Part shown: positions 51,408 through 61,141 of the stretch, one piece after another | Position numbering within the stretch: position 1 is the stretch's first letter | How the letters are laid out: each line of letters opens with the position of its first letter | Assembly (NCBI GenBank): GCA_963701295.1 | Contig: OY969585.1 | Location: forward strand, 2,528,001 to 2,592,000 | DNA from: Ignavibacteriota bacterium | Lineage (GTDB): Bacteria > Bacteroidota > Ignavibacteria > UBA10030 | Direction: 5' to 3' | Length of the DNA stretch: 64,000 bases | Made by a program: the position numbers and the translations under genes | The notes under the pieces: generated by a model | Seen by the model: the letters and a program-made list of their open reading frames with translations, nothing else | Databases searched by the model: none | What the model was told of the DNA's origin: nothing

Positions 51408-52325
51408 ATGCCAGACGATCAGACAAGAGTTTGGACTATCCGCGAATTGATGAAGTCTGCGATTGAGCACCTTCAAGGGAAAGGATTCGAGGAAGCCCGT
51501 CTCAATGTCGAACTTCTCCTTGCCCATGCATTAGATCTCCAGCGGATTCAACTTTATGCCAACTTCGATAAACCCCTCACTCCGGAAGAACTCAAACAAT
51601 TTCGTACACTGTACGAACGTCGGCTGACGCGTGAACCGGTGCAGTACATTATTGGTTCTGCAAATTTTATGGGATTGCACTTCACCGTCGATCCGCGCGT
51701 GCTCATTCCACGTCCGGAAACAGAAACACTCATCGAACAGGTGATGCTTGCATGTCAACGGTATCCCACCGACGAACCAATTCACATTCTCGAAGTAGGA
51801 ACAGGGAGTGGAAATATCGCTATCTCCATTGCTAAGTATGTGAAACGTGCACAGATTACGACGATCGACATCAGTCTTGAAGCGCTTGCTGTGGCGAAGC
51901 AAAATGCCCGCCTACACTCCGTAGAATCGCAAATAAAATTTTCATGTTCGGATATATTTGATCAATCTGATGAATTATTTCGGGTTCAGTACGATTTGCT
52001 CGTCAGCAATCCGCCGTATGTGCCGAAAGATGAATGGGAACAGCTTCAGAAGGAAGTGCGGGACTTCGAACCCTCATCAGCTCTGACCGATGGCAAGGAT
52101 GGATTTAAATTCTATCATCACATGGCAGGAATTATTCCGACTATTCTGAAACCGGGCGGGTGTATCGTGTTCGAAGTGGGATTTGACCAAGCTGAGACTG
52201 TTGCTCAAGAATTGAGGGATGCAGGATTGGGAAAATTACAAATTACTAAGGATTTACAGGGTGTTCCTCGTGTTGTTTCAGGAACATGGGTGATTTCGCA
52301 GACAAATTTTATCGGTCTCAATTAG
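51408..52325 (+). CDS. prmC: Release factor glutamine methyltransferase
   Basis: EPVQYIIG, VLIPRPETE, GTGSG, SNPPY. Confidence 0.95.
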   Translation: MPDDQTRVWTIRELMKSAIEHLQGKGFEEARLNVELLLAHALDLQRIQLYANFDKPLTPEELKQFRTLYERRLTREPVQYIIGSANFMGLHFTVDPRVLIPRPETETLIEQVMLACQRYPTDEPIHILEVGTGSGNIAISIAKYVKRAQITTIDISLEALAVAKQNARLHSVESQIKFSCSDIFDQSDELFRVQYDLLVSNPPYVPKDEWEQLQKEVRDFEPSSALTDGKDGFKFYHHMAGIIPTILKPGGCIVFEVGFDQAETVAQELRDAGLGKLQITKDLQGVPRVVSGTWVISQTNFIGLN

Positions 52326-52339
52326 GTGTACGTAAAACG

Positions 52340-52789
52340 ATGCGTGCATTGGTGCAACGGGTAAAGAGATGTTCTGTATCCATTGATGGAAAATTGACCA
52401 GTTTCATTGGAATGGGTGTGCTTGTTTTCCTTGGTGTGAAAAACAGCGATACAGAAGTTGATGCAGAATATCTTGCCGAACGCTGTGTGTCACTCCGTAT
52501 CTTTGATGATGAAGCCGGAAGAATGAATCTCTCCATCAAGGATGTCATCGGCGAAGCGATGGTGGTTTCACAATTCACATTATACGGCGATACACAAAAA
52601 GGAAACCGGCCAAGTTATACTGATGCCGCGTCTCAGCAGATCGCTGAAGTATTGTATGATCATTTCACTAAGCACTTACGGAATCTGCTCGGAGAGAAAC
52701 GAGTTGCAACAGGCGTCTTTCGCGCGATGATGGATGTCGAATTGGTGAACGATGGACCTGTGACATTGATACTCGAAAGCAAGAGTTAA
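52340..52789 (+). CDS. dtd: D-aminoacyl-tRNA deacylase
   Basis: MRALVQRV, SQFTL, KGNRP, NDGPVT; ATG at 52340. Confidence 0.96.
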   Translation: MRALVQRVKRCSVSIDGKLTSFIGMGVLVFLGVKNSDTEVDAEYLAERCVSLRIFDDEAGRMNLSIKDVIGEAMVVSQFTLYGDTQKGNRPSYTDAASQQIAEVLYDHFTKHLRNLLGEKRVATGVFRAMMDVELVNDGPVTLILESKS

Positions 52790-52849
52790 ATCGCCAACGG
52801 ATGACCATCGACGATCATCTGGTTTCATTCTCAACAATAACACTCGGAC

Positions 52850-53788
52850 ATGAATGCTGAAGATGCTCATACAGCGCTGCATGTAGTTTTGCTCTTCCTG
52901 GATGGTGTAGGTATCGGGAAGAATGACGCGACTACGAATCCATTTGTCCGAGCACATATGCCTGCACTGACTTCATTATGCGGAGGGAAATTGCCGTACA
53001 CTCCATTCAAACGGATTTCATCAGAACAGGCAGATGTGATCGCAGTGAATGCAACGCTGGATATAGCCGGGTTGCCGCAGAGCGGGACAGGGCAAACAGC
53101 GATTTTTACTGGTGTCAACGGATCTAAAAAGTTTGGTAGGCATTTTGGTCCACATCCGCCTTCGGTTCTTTGGTCAGTGATTGAAAAGAAAAACATCTTT
53201 CATCAGTTGAAGGCAATTGACAAATCAGTTGTCTTTGCAAATGCTTTCCCAAAACGATTTTTTGATTATATCGAATCCGGTACGCGGCGATTAACAGTGA
53301 CAACACTCTCTTGCCGGTTCGCTGATGTACCTTTGCTTACAGCGAAAGAACTTCTGCTTGGAAAGGGTATTTCGGCAGATTTTGTTTGCGCACAATGGAA
53401 AAAGCTCGGTTATCCGGAGATCATTCCTATTACACCAGCGGAAGCGGGAAGACATCTTGCGCATATCGCGGCAAAACATCACTTCACGCTTTTTGAATAT
53501 TGGCTGACAGATCATGCCGGTCATTCCCGGAACATGGCAACTGCAGTAGAAGTGCTGGAACGATTTGATGAATTCTTGTCCGGTTTTTTAGAATTGTTTG
53601 ATCCTGTCAATACATTGCTAATGATTGTCAGTGACCACGGAAATATAGAAAACCTTTCAACCAAATCGCATACACGCAATCGCGTACCATGCATTCTTGC
53701 CGGCCGGCACCGCCATAAACTCGTGAATCAAATAAAAAATCTTACGCACATAACACCTGCAATCATGAGACTGTTTCTAGATTCATGA
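52850..53788 (+). CDS. Alkaline-phosphatase-superfamily metalloenzyme (phosphoglycerate mutase-like)
   Basis: FLDGVG, PQSGTGQT, DHAGH, SDHGN, HT metal-binding motifs. Confidence 0.82.
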   Translation: MNAEDAHTALHVVLLFLDGVGIGKNDATTNPFVRAHMPALTSLCGGKLPYTPFKRISSEQADVIAVNATLDIAGLPQSGTGQTAIFTGVNGSKKFGRHFGPHPPSVLWSVIEKKNIFHQLKAIDKSVVFANAFPKRFFDYIESGTRRLTVTTLSCRFADVPLLTAKELLLGKGISADFVCAQWKKLGYPEIIPITPAEAGRHLAHIAAKHHFTLFEYWLTDHAGHSRNMATAVEVLERFDEFLSGFLELFDPVNTLLMIVSDHGNIENLSTKSHTRNRVPCILAGRHRHKLVNQIKNLTHITPAIMRLFLDS

Positions 53789-53798
53789 GTGAATTACG

Positions 53799-56186
53799 AT
53801 GAAGCGTCGCCCGGCACTTCGGTTTGTTCTTCTTTTTGCCGCTGGAATTCTTCTGTCGGAATGGATATCACTTCCTCCAATTTTGTTACTTTCGCTTTCT
53901 ATCGTTCTTGTTTTTTTATCAGCAATCCTTTTTTGGTTGAAGAAACAGCAATTCGTTGCTGTCATCGCGCTTCACTGTTCAGTTGTTTTATTAGGCTTTC
54001 TTCTCCAGACACTTCAGCGCTTGGATTTTAAATCTCGTGAACTTGAGCCAAGTATCGCAGATGAATCTGTAACACTCTTTGGAACAATTGATTCTGAACC
54101 GATCCGGCGAGATAGAAGGATGAGCTATGTTGTTCAGACAGATAGTATCTTTCGCGTTCACGGCATCGAACAAGATTCTCGGCGTGTTCTGGTTATGGTT
54201 CGTCTAGACAAAGGAGAAACCTTTCTGGAAGAAATGGAATATGGAAGGAAAACAAAATTACGGGGATTGCTCGAGCCATTCCCGTTTCAACGAAACCCGG
54301 GAGAGTTTGACTACGGAAAATATCTTACGCTGAATGATATTCAAGGGGTTATTTCGGTCAAGGGATTACACGAAGTAAAGGTGAATGAGCATAAAGGCGA
54401 AAATTCTCTCAACACATGGACCTATTCAGTTCAGCGCTCATTGTATCACATTATCGATAGTCTTCATTCTCCACAATATGCAGGTTTTCTCAAGGGAATC
54501 ATTTTTGGATACTGCGCCGATATTCCGCCTGATGTGAAACAGTCATTTTTAGATACCGGCACGATCCATATTATGGCTGTCTCCGGTTCAAACGTTGCTT
54601 TCGTGGCATTTATATTTTTTTCGTTGTTTGGTTTCTTTCGTTTGTCGCGCAAAGCGGTTGGCAGTGCAGCAATAGGAGGGCTCATTGTTTATATGCTCCT
54701 AACAGGGTCAAGTCCATCGGTGGTTCGGGCAACGATCATGGCAATCGTTATTCTTTGCGGAACCTTGTTTGAACACAAAGCAGATATCTACAATTCTATC
54801 AGTGTCGCCGCAATGATTCTCCTGTTGTGGAATACCAACACGCTCTTTGATGTCAGTTTTCAACTTTCGTTCTCGGCTGTAATTTCTATAGTCTATTTTT
54901 ATCCTCGACTTGAATTGCTTATAAAAAGAATTCCTGAGCGATTTGAGGAGATTAAAGCGGTCGATATGATACTGAAGCTCTTTGCCGTTTCACTGGCGGC
55001 TCAGTTAGGCACGATTCCATTCACTGCATATTATTTTAACCGCGTGTCTATTATTTCTTTGATTGCCAATATACCGGTTGTGCCCATCAGCGGATTGAAT
55101 ACATTCATTGGATCTGCAGAAATGATGTTTTATTTTATTAGTCCATGGATTGCCAAATTATATGCAGCATCAAACGATTTCTTGATTTGGTTTCTCCTTG
55201 GGTTTGTGAAGCACGCTGCGAGTATTTCCTTTGCATACGTAGAGAACTGGCATGTGAGTCCAATGCTCGCGATAGGATACTATGTCGCTGTGCTTGGTGT
55301 CTTCAATGCTCATCGGAGACGAGTTCGTGCATGGATCTTGATTCTTTTATTGGTCGCCGGAAATGTTGTTCTCTTTTTAGATTTATGGGCTCGTGCACAT
55401 ACAAAATTGACTGTAACGATGATCGATGTTGGACAAGGAGATGCCATTTTAATGGAATTTCCCAGTGGAAGACATTTACTGGTAGATTCCGGTCCAATAT
55501 CGCAGCGCTTTAATTCTGGTGAGAAAATTGTTGTACCATTACTCAAGCGGATGGGAATTTCAAAAATCGATTATTTAGTGATTACACATCCACATAGCGA
55601 TCATATTGGTGGCGCTGAATCAGTAATAAAATCTCTACGAGTTGATTCACTGTTCATGGGATCACTTGATTCCACCAATCGGGAAGTACAAAATTTACTC
55701 GAATGCGCACAAACAAGAAATGTAGGATTGAAAGAAATCCGCGCCGGTAACCAGATTTTCATCGATCCAAATGTGAGAATCTATGCACTTCATCCCACTC
55801 AAAATATGTCTGATGAGAAAAATTTAAATAATTCTTCCGTTGTGCTCAAAATACTATATGGGAATACATCTATTCTCACGATGGGCGATGCTGAAACTCC
55901 GGCTGAGCAAAGGATGATCAAACGATATGGTGAATTGCTCTCCAGCAGTGTATTGAAAGTTGGGCATCATGGCAGCATAACCAGTTCCAGTGAAGAGTTT
56001 CTTCAAGCAGTTCATCCAGCAATGGCACTGATATCGGTAGGAAATCACAACCGGTTTTCTGATCCATCGCCGTTCATTCTCTCGCGATTCAAAGCATATT
56101 CCATCGCAATGAATCGCACGGATAAACTCGGAGCCATTATTATTGAAAGCGATGGCAAACAATGGGTACACAGAGAGTGGAGATAA
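53799..56186 (+). CDS. comEC: DNA uptake competence protein ComEC/Rec2
   Basis: RNPGEFDY, HIMAVSGSN, SPSVVRA, FQLSF, DVGQGDA, THPHSDHIGG, KVGHHGS. Confidence 0.94.
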   Translation: MKRRPALRFVLLFAAGILLSEWISLPPILLLSLSIVLVFLSAILFWLKKQQFVAVIALHCSVVLLGFLLQTLQRLDFKSRELEPSIADESVTLFGTIDSEPIRRDRRMSYVVQTDSIFRVHGIEQDSRRVLVMVRLDKGETFLEEMEYGRKTKLRGLLEPFPFQRNPGEFDYGKYLTLNDIQGVISVKGLHEVKVNEHKGENSLNTWTYSVQRSLYHIIDSLHSPQYAGFLKGIIFGYCADIPPDVKQSFLDTGTIHIMAVSGSNVAFVAFIFFSLFGFFRLSRKAVGSAAIGGLIVYMLLTGSSPSVVRATIMAIVILCGTLFEHKADIYNSISVAAMILLLWNTNTLFDVSFQLSFSAVISIVYFYPRLELLIKRIPERFEEIKAVDMILKLFAVSLAAQLGTIPFTAYYFNRVSIISLIANIPVVPISGLNTFIGSAEMMFYFISPWIAKLYAASNDFLIWFLLGFVKHAASISFAYVENWHVSPMLAIGYYVAVLGVFNAHRRRVRAWILILLLVAGNVVLFLDLWARAHTKLTVTMIDVGQGDAILMEFPSGRHLLVDSGPISQRFNSGEKIVVPLLKRMGISKIDYLVITHPHSDHIGGAESVIKSLRVDSLFMGSLDSTNREVQNLLECAQTRNVGLKEIRAGNQIFIDPNVRIYALHPTQNMSDEKNLNNSSVVLKILYGNTSILTMGDAETPAEQRMIKRYGELLSSSVLKVGHHGSITSSSEEFLQAVHPAMALISVGNHNRFSDPSPFILSRFKAYSIAMNRTDKLGAIIIESDGKQWVHREWR

Positions 56187-56293
56187 GGGTTTTCGCCAAT
56201 GTTTCAGTTTGTGTGGATCAGGGAAAAATTCCCGATACATCACTAACCTGCTATGTTAAATTGAAACACTACCAAGTTTTTCGTAAATAAAGG

Positions 56294-56322
56294 TTGACAA
56301 TAGTCTAATTCAGTAGTACCAT
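56294..56322 (+). promoter_or_regulatory. Near-consensus sigma70 promoter of the secreted module
   Basis: TTGACA-17 nt-TACCAT. Confidence 0.65.
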
Positions 56323-56420
56323 TCCATAACATCTCCTATTGCCGTTTCAACGCCAAACGATCCTTCTGGGGCGCGGCAGAGTTATAAAGAAAACAGTTTG
56401 CAATTTTGCAGAGGGGTTAT

Positions 56421-59400
56421 ATGCAATCGCCTACCATTACGGTTACACGAGAACTTTCTGTTGCCTTCATTCTATTACTTTTTTCCACTTCGCTCAATGC
56501 GCAGATTAAGATTAAAGAGCGAGTGGAGATATCGCCGACAAACAACGTAAGACAACATACAATGACAAATTCAGAAATGCCAAATATTACTTTGCCTCCA
56601 ATTGATCCTTCAGTAACCGCGTTGGGTATAGGCGGTGGTTTCCTCGCGGGAGTTGATTGCAGTGATCCAAACGCAGATTTGGTTTTTGTTCCGCGTATCG
56701 GTGGAACCTTGGGGATTGCATTGTGCCAGTGCGATGGAAGTGCAAGTGGTGATACGCCTGATGATATCCTTTTGGTGTTCGGCCCCGATGGAAACATTAG
56801 AAACATATTTCCACTGAAAGATCTCGATTCATGTTTTATTCAACCAAGTGGCGGTTATGTTACTTTTTACGACCCATGTGCTGCATATTATCATAATTAT
56901 ACCCAGTACGCTGTGGCTGGAGAGGAAGTTTGCTGGTTTAATCCATTTTGGTTCGATAAAGCAGCATATGACCATGACACTGAATTAAATGGTCATGTCG
57001 ATTCAACAATTTACTGGTATGCGCCTCCTCGAATCATAGTCCCTGTAAAAGCATGGGAACCATTACGTTTTCGTTTATTAACATACGATGGAAAAATGAT
57101 AAAGGACGTCAATTGTAATCAGGGGGGACCTTTGGATTCCCTCTCTCTTATTGTCACTGGCAATTGGACTCAATTTCCTAGTACATTGCCCCCGTACGGG
57201 CTGGGCGTGTTAGTGTTTCGAGCACGCGATTACGATACGGAGACTCATGAAGATTTTGCAACAGTCTTTCCCATGCAATGGCTTGCTATCGATAGCAGTG
57301 CTATTGGAGGATCGCCCTCATCGGTGGGATATTCTGACCCTATTATTCTGCCGGATAGCGGCATGTATCGGATTATTTTAACAGGTGCTAAACCGAATGT
57401 AAATGGGACTCTTACGTTCATCGACACAGCATCCCATATATTATTCTCTGATATCCAAAGCCACATAGGTGATACGATTCTCGTAGGACCGTATGGTGAA
57501 GGCACGTCCTTCCAGGTCGAATTGAATGGAAGTAATCCTTCCACAACAGAAACGAGCTATGGAAACTGGAATATGGCATTTGAGAATTGGATCGATTATG
57601 ATTTCGGAGATGTCGCGATAACGGTAGAATATGCTGCTCAACCACCCAATCACTTGGAACTCTGGAGCACTTCAAGCACAGTCTATTATGGAGACACAGT
57701 TGATGTGGATGTTGTTCCTTGCGGCAATGACAGTTTGTTCTCGCCTCTTGGTCCTGATGATATGTATGAATTTTCTGTTGCACTGATGGGAGAGACCTCG
57801 CAATATGGACAATTGATCTATCAAGGACAAGGCGGAGACTCCTTTTATGGTATTCCTTCCGTGGGCAGAAGAGGAGTTGGAGTGAAGTTTGCGGCAAATG
57901 GAATTGAGCCGGATAGTACTGTGAATTTAACTTTTGATCTGACGGCAAGATATATCGGTGGAGGGGGAGTGGCAAGTTCGATAGGAATAACACCTATTAA
58001 ACAGACACAGACAAAAGCTCTGATGAAGCAGTCAAATAACAATCCAAGCCAGGGTATTGTGAGATATAAGAATAACAAAGTTGCATTGAATAAGGATGCA
58101 CGAAACAAAACATATAAAAAGGCCGAAGCAAAGAAACTACAGACCATCTCAGCACTAAAGCGGCCGAAAAAGAAAAAGATAGGACATCCTCTTGCGGTGA
58201 ATAAGAGCAAAAAAAATGCGCATAAATCTCTTTCTCAAAAAACAATTCTCGCTTCAACAGCAGGAATTGGAACGGGAATTTATTATCTAGAAACTTTTTG
58301 GACATGGGGAGAAAAGAAATACACAATTCTTTTAGGCGAGACGAAATATTATCAAGCGAAACCAGATTTAACAGATAAAACAGGAACAAAGCTTATATTC
58401 AAAGAAATGAGTGAGACAAGCGGGTGGACATCAGGAGGACAACCAGCACAATTTACTGTAACCGCGGAAACACCTACAGATAAACTCGGCGTCTATTATG
58501 AGTTCAAGGATAACGATGGAAAAATATTAGCTGGCGATATGATTCGATTAATTGGCCGATATTGGACAAAAGATCAGACTTACGAAGTACGATTAAATGC
58601 AACATCGGGTGAAAGATCGGGGAGTATTTTGATTGTGGTAAAGAAACCGAGTAAACTAGGAGATGCACCACAATCAGCCATTGATGTAATAGGGAATCCA
58701 TATGCTCTTGATGATTCTATTATCACTCATGCCGGGATGACTGGTATCTTGCCACAATACATTAAGGCAATGATCAGAAATGAAACCGTTGGAAGATTTG
58801 CTCCTTCATACCGTTATGAGCCATTTACAGATTTGAAGAAAGTTCAAGTAAAGGACATTAAAGGAAATTATATGTTCAAATCGAAAACACCTTATTGGAT
58901 TAATAGCACTTCTGATTTAGGCACTCCAGGGATTCCGACGGATCATTCAAATCTTTATAATGCTCTTAGCAAAATAGATGGCTATCCCGGTTATCAAACA
59001 GTCTGGGATATCTATAATGCAGATATGAATAAAAAACAAAGTCTTTATTCTTTGAATGTTTATGGAAATATTTATGGCTTAGCGGAGCAGTGGACATTGT
59101 ACTACAACAAGGGTATTGCAGACCAATACTCGTCTGCACAAGCATCGGATTCCGCTAATGCTAAGTTTATAAGGTGGATGAGAGATACTTGGTCTGGAGG
59201 ATTGAAAAATATTGTTGCGCAAACACGGATAGCCTCATCCTATGGACTCCTTCAACTTATTTACTACTATGGTGTCAGCGATGCAGAATATCCCATTGAT
59301 GCAAATCATCGTCCGGAAGATATTAACTTAGTATATAATTCGTTGTATTATGGTATTATGCATTTCTCAAATAAGTTGGAATGCGCAATGTATGTACCCC

Positions 59401-59528
59401 TAGATAGTAACAACTGGCCCAATGGTCTAGAGGTATCTTATTTATTAGGTTTATTAAGATACAATGGGAGTATTAACTATGCGCTTGATGTCATAGCTTA
59501 TTCTCAACAATATCTGCCACAGCAATAA
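56421..59528 (+). CDS. Large exported multidomain protein with C-terminal lysozyme/lytic-transglycosylase-like domain
   Basis: Signal peptide ending SLNA-Q; Cys-rich N-terminal part; FENWIDYDFGD motif; Lys-rich linker; C-terminal IKAMIRNET, RYEP, SSYGLLQL and LLRYNG. Confidence 0.72.
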   Translation: MQSPTITVTRELSVAFILLLFSTSLNAQIKIKERVEISPTNNVRQHTMTNSEMPNITLPPIDPSVTALGIGGGFLAGVDCSDPNADLVFVPRIGGTLGIALCQCDGSASGDTPDDILLVFGPDGNIRNIFPLKDLDSCFIQPSGGYVTFYDPCAAYYHNYTQYAVAGEEVCWFNPFWFDKAAYDHDTELNGHVDSTIYWYAPPRIIVPVKAWEPLRFRLLTYDGKMIKDVNCNQGGPLDSLSLIVTGNWTQFPSTLPPYGLGVLVFRARDYDTETHEDFATVFPMQWLAIDSSAIGGSPSSVGYSDPIILPDSGMYRIILTGAKPNVNGTLTFIDTASHILFSDIQSHIGDTILVGPYGEGTSFQVELNGSNPSTTETSYGNWNMAFENWIDYDFGDVAITVEYAAQPPNHLELWSTSSTVYYGDTVDVDVVPCGNDSLFSPLGPDDMYEFSVALMGETSQYGQLIYQGQGGDSFYGIPSVGRRGVGVKFAANGIEPDSTVNLTFDLTARYIGGGGVASSIGITPIKQTQTKALMKQSNNNPSQGIVRYKNNKVALNKDARNKTYKKAEAKKLQTISALKRPKKKKIGHPLAVNKSKKNAHKSLSQKTILASTAGIGTGIYYLETFWTWGEKKYTILLGETKYYQAKPDLTDKTGTKLIFKEMSETSGWTSGGQPAQFTVTAETPTDKLGVYYEFKDNDGKILAGDMIRLIGRYWTKDQTYEVRLNATSGERSGSILIVVKKPSKLGDAPQSAIDVIGNPYALDDSIITHAGMTGILPQYIKAMIRNETVGRFAPSYRYEPFTDLKKVQVKDIKGNYMFKSKTPYWINSTSDLGTPGIPTDHSNLYNALSKIDGYPGYQTVWDIYNADMNKKQSLYSLNVYGNIYGLAEQWTLYYNKGIADQYSSAQASDSANAKFIRWMRDTWSGGLKNIVAQTRIASSYGLLQLIYYYGVSDAEYPIDANHRPEDINLVYNSLYYGIMHFSNKLECAMYVPLDSNNWPNGLEVSYLLGLLRYNGSINYALDVIAYSQQYLPQQ

Positions 59529-59544
59529 ATTTTAAGAGGTTATT

Positions 59545-61137
59545 ATGAAATCTAAAAATATGTTTATTGGGTTACTGTTCATTATTTTCATATTTGCTGC
59601 GCAATCTTTTTCACAAACGAAAGAACAACGCTTAGCAGCTGCTGGAGATGTTATTGATGGGTTGCTTAAAAACGATGTTGGGCCCCAATATCACTGTGTA
59701 TTTGGCGTTGACGTAGACTCAACATTGGGTGATGTACGTTTCTATAGTTATCCGATGGAAGATCCTTATGGCACACTTCAACATTGTATTATATTTACTG
59801 GGGGACGAGATACAAAAGAAGGAAACTTTGTAGGAGTGTACAAGAATGGAGCAATTCTTTGGCGGTCAGATACTACAATTCTGGGCTATCAGCCGAATCT
59901 TTTTACTACAGAGGATTTGAATCGATCAGGTCAAGTGGATCTAGTGTTTGAATCAGGAATTGACCAGTCGTCGCAACTATGGATATTTTGTTGGGATGGC
60001 CATGTAGGGAAACGTATAAGTGCGATTGACAGTAGGGGACAATCTGTGCTTCAAAGTGTTTCGCATTCATTTGAACTGTTCGATGCAGATGGCGATGGAA
60101 TACTAGAAATTAAAGATGGAAATGTTGCAGATGGCTCACAGACTTGGAGTTGGAACGGTAGTGAATTTGGAAGTTGGCCGGATACTCCCCATTTACCATC
60201 TACTACTCTTTGGCCAAGAAATAAGATTGATGTAGTTATTCACTGCAACGTTACCGGATCGACAAATCAATTTATTTTTAATTATTCACTATATAGCAAG
60301 CCAAGTAGCTTACAAGAGGTATATGACGTACGCATCTGGGGACGATGCGACAGTGTCAGAGAAAATTCTGCTCCGGTAAGATGGGAAGTTGATTACAATA
60401 ACGGTCGTGGGAGCAAATTCTTTTCATATTGGAGCAGTGATCCTATGAATCCCATAAGACGGTTAATCATGCCCGGAGAAATGGCGGATGGTTTTAAAAC
60501 AGTGGCATTTGGTTTGCCAGCTATTGAGGAATATGATGCTCAAGGTTTTAATGCTTTTCCTAATTATAGTCTGATGACAGATCAGCAAGTTATGGATATT
60601 CAACAAAGAGACGAGACTGAGAATTCTGTCCATGGCTTCACAATCGCGCCAATCAATCCGCCGTCGCCATTCATTCCGCTTGCTTTCCTCGACACACTCA
60701 ATAATTACACCACACAATCTCGCACACTTGGCTGGATCAAAGATCAAACAACGGCAAATAGGTATCTTGGCTATTTTGCATCAGCCAAAACGAGCTTGGT
60801 GCAAAACAATATTACATCAACACGCGCAACACTCCAGCAAGTACTGGATAGCACAGCGACTCTTACAAGCGAGGCATACGCTCTCATCCGTTTCAACACA
60901 GAGTATTTATTGGCACAGTTGCCGATTCCTCTAACCGGTTGTAACGTTAAGCTTATTAACAGCACCGGCACAAAACTCACGGGTGGAACACTGCAGTACT
61001 ACGATGGAAGCTGGAAAGATGCCGTAAATAACAATGATGGAACATTCTCTGTTACGACCAACCTGAAAACAATCAGTTTACGAATGACGTACCAGGTACG
61101 GCACACAAACAAAATCGAATGTCACGGTCGGGTATGA
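59545..61137 (+). CDS. Exported protein, N-terminal part (VCBS-like loops plus FIMAH-like helical domain); frameshifted at about 61095
   Basis: Signal peptide SFS-Q; DLNRSG and DADGDG loops; LTSEAYALIRFNTEYLL. Removing one G joins it to 61142..62272 (908 aa). Confidence 0.7.
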   Translation: MKSKNMFIGLLFIIFIFAAQSFSQTKEQRLAAAGDVIDGLLKNDVGPQYHCVFGVDVDSTLGDVRFYSYPMEDPYGTLQHCIIFTGGRDTKEGNFVGVYKNGAILWRSDTTILGYQPNLFTTEDLNRSGQVDLVFESGIDQSSQLWIFCWDGHVGKRISAIDSRGQSVLQSVSHSFELFDADGDGILEIKDGNVADGSQTWSWNGSEFGSWPDTPHLPSTTLWPRNKIDVVIHCNVTGSTNQFIFNYSLYSKPSSLQEVYDVRIWGRCDSVRENSAPVRWEVDYNNGRGSKFFSYWSSDPMNPIRRLIMPGEMADGFKTVAFGLPAIEEYDAQGFNAFPNYSLMTDQQVMDIQQRDETENSVHGFTIAPINPPSPFIPLAFLDTLNNYTTQSRTLGWIKDQTTANRYLGYFASAKTSLVQNNITSTRATLQQVLDSTATLTSEAYALIRFNTEYLLAQLPIPLTGCNVKLINSTGTKLTGGTLQYYDGSWKDAVNNNDGTFSVTTNLKTISLRMTYQVRHTNKIECHGRV

Positions 61138-61141
61138 TACA

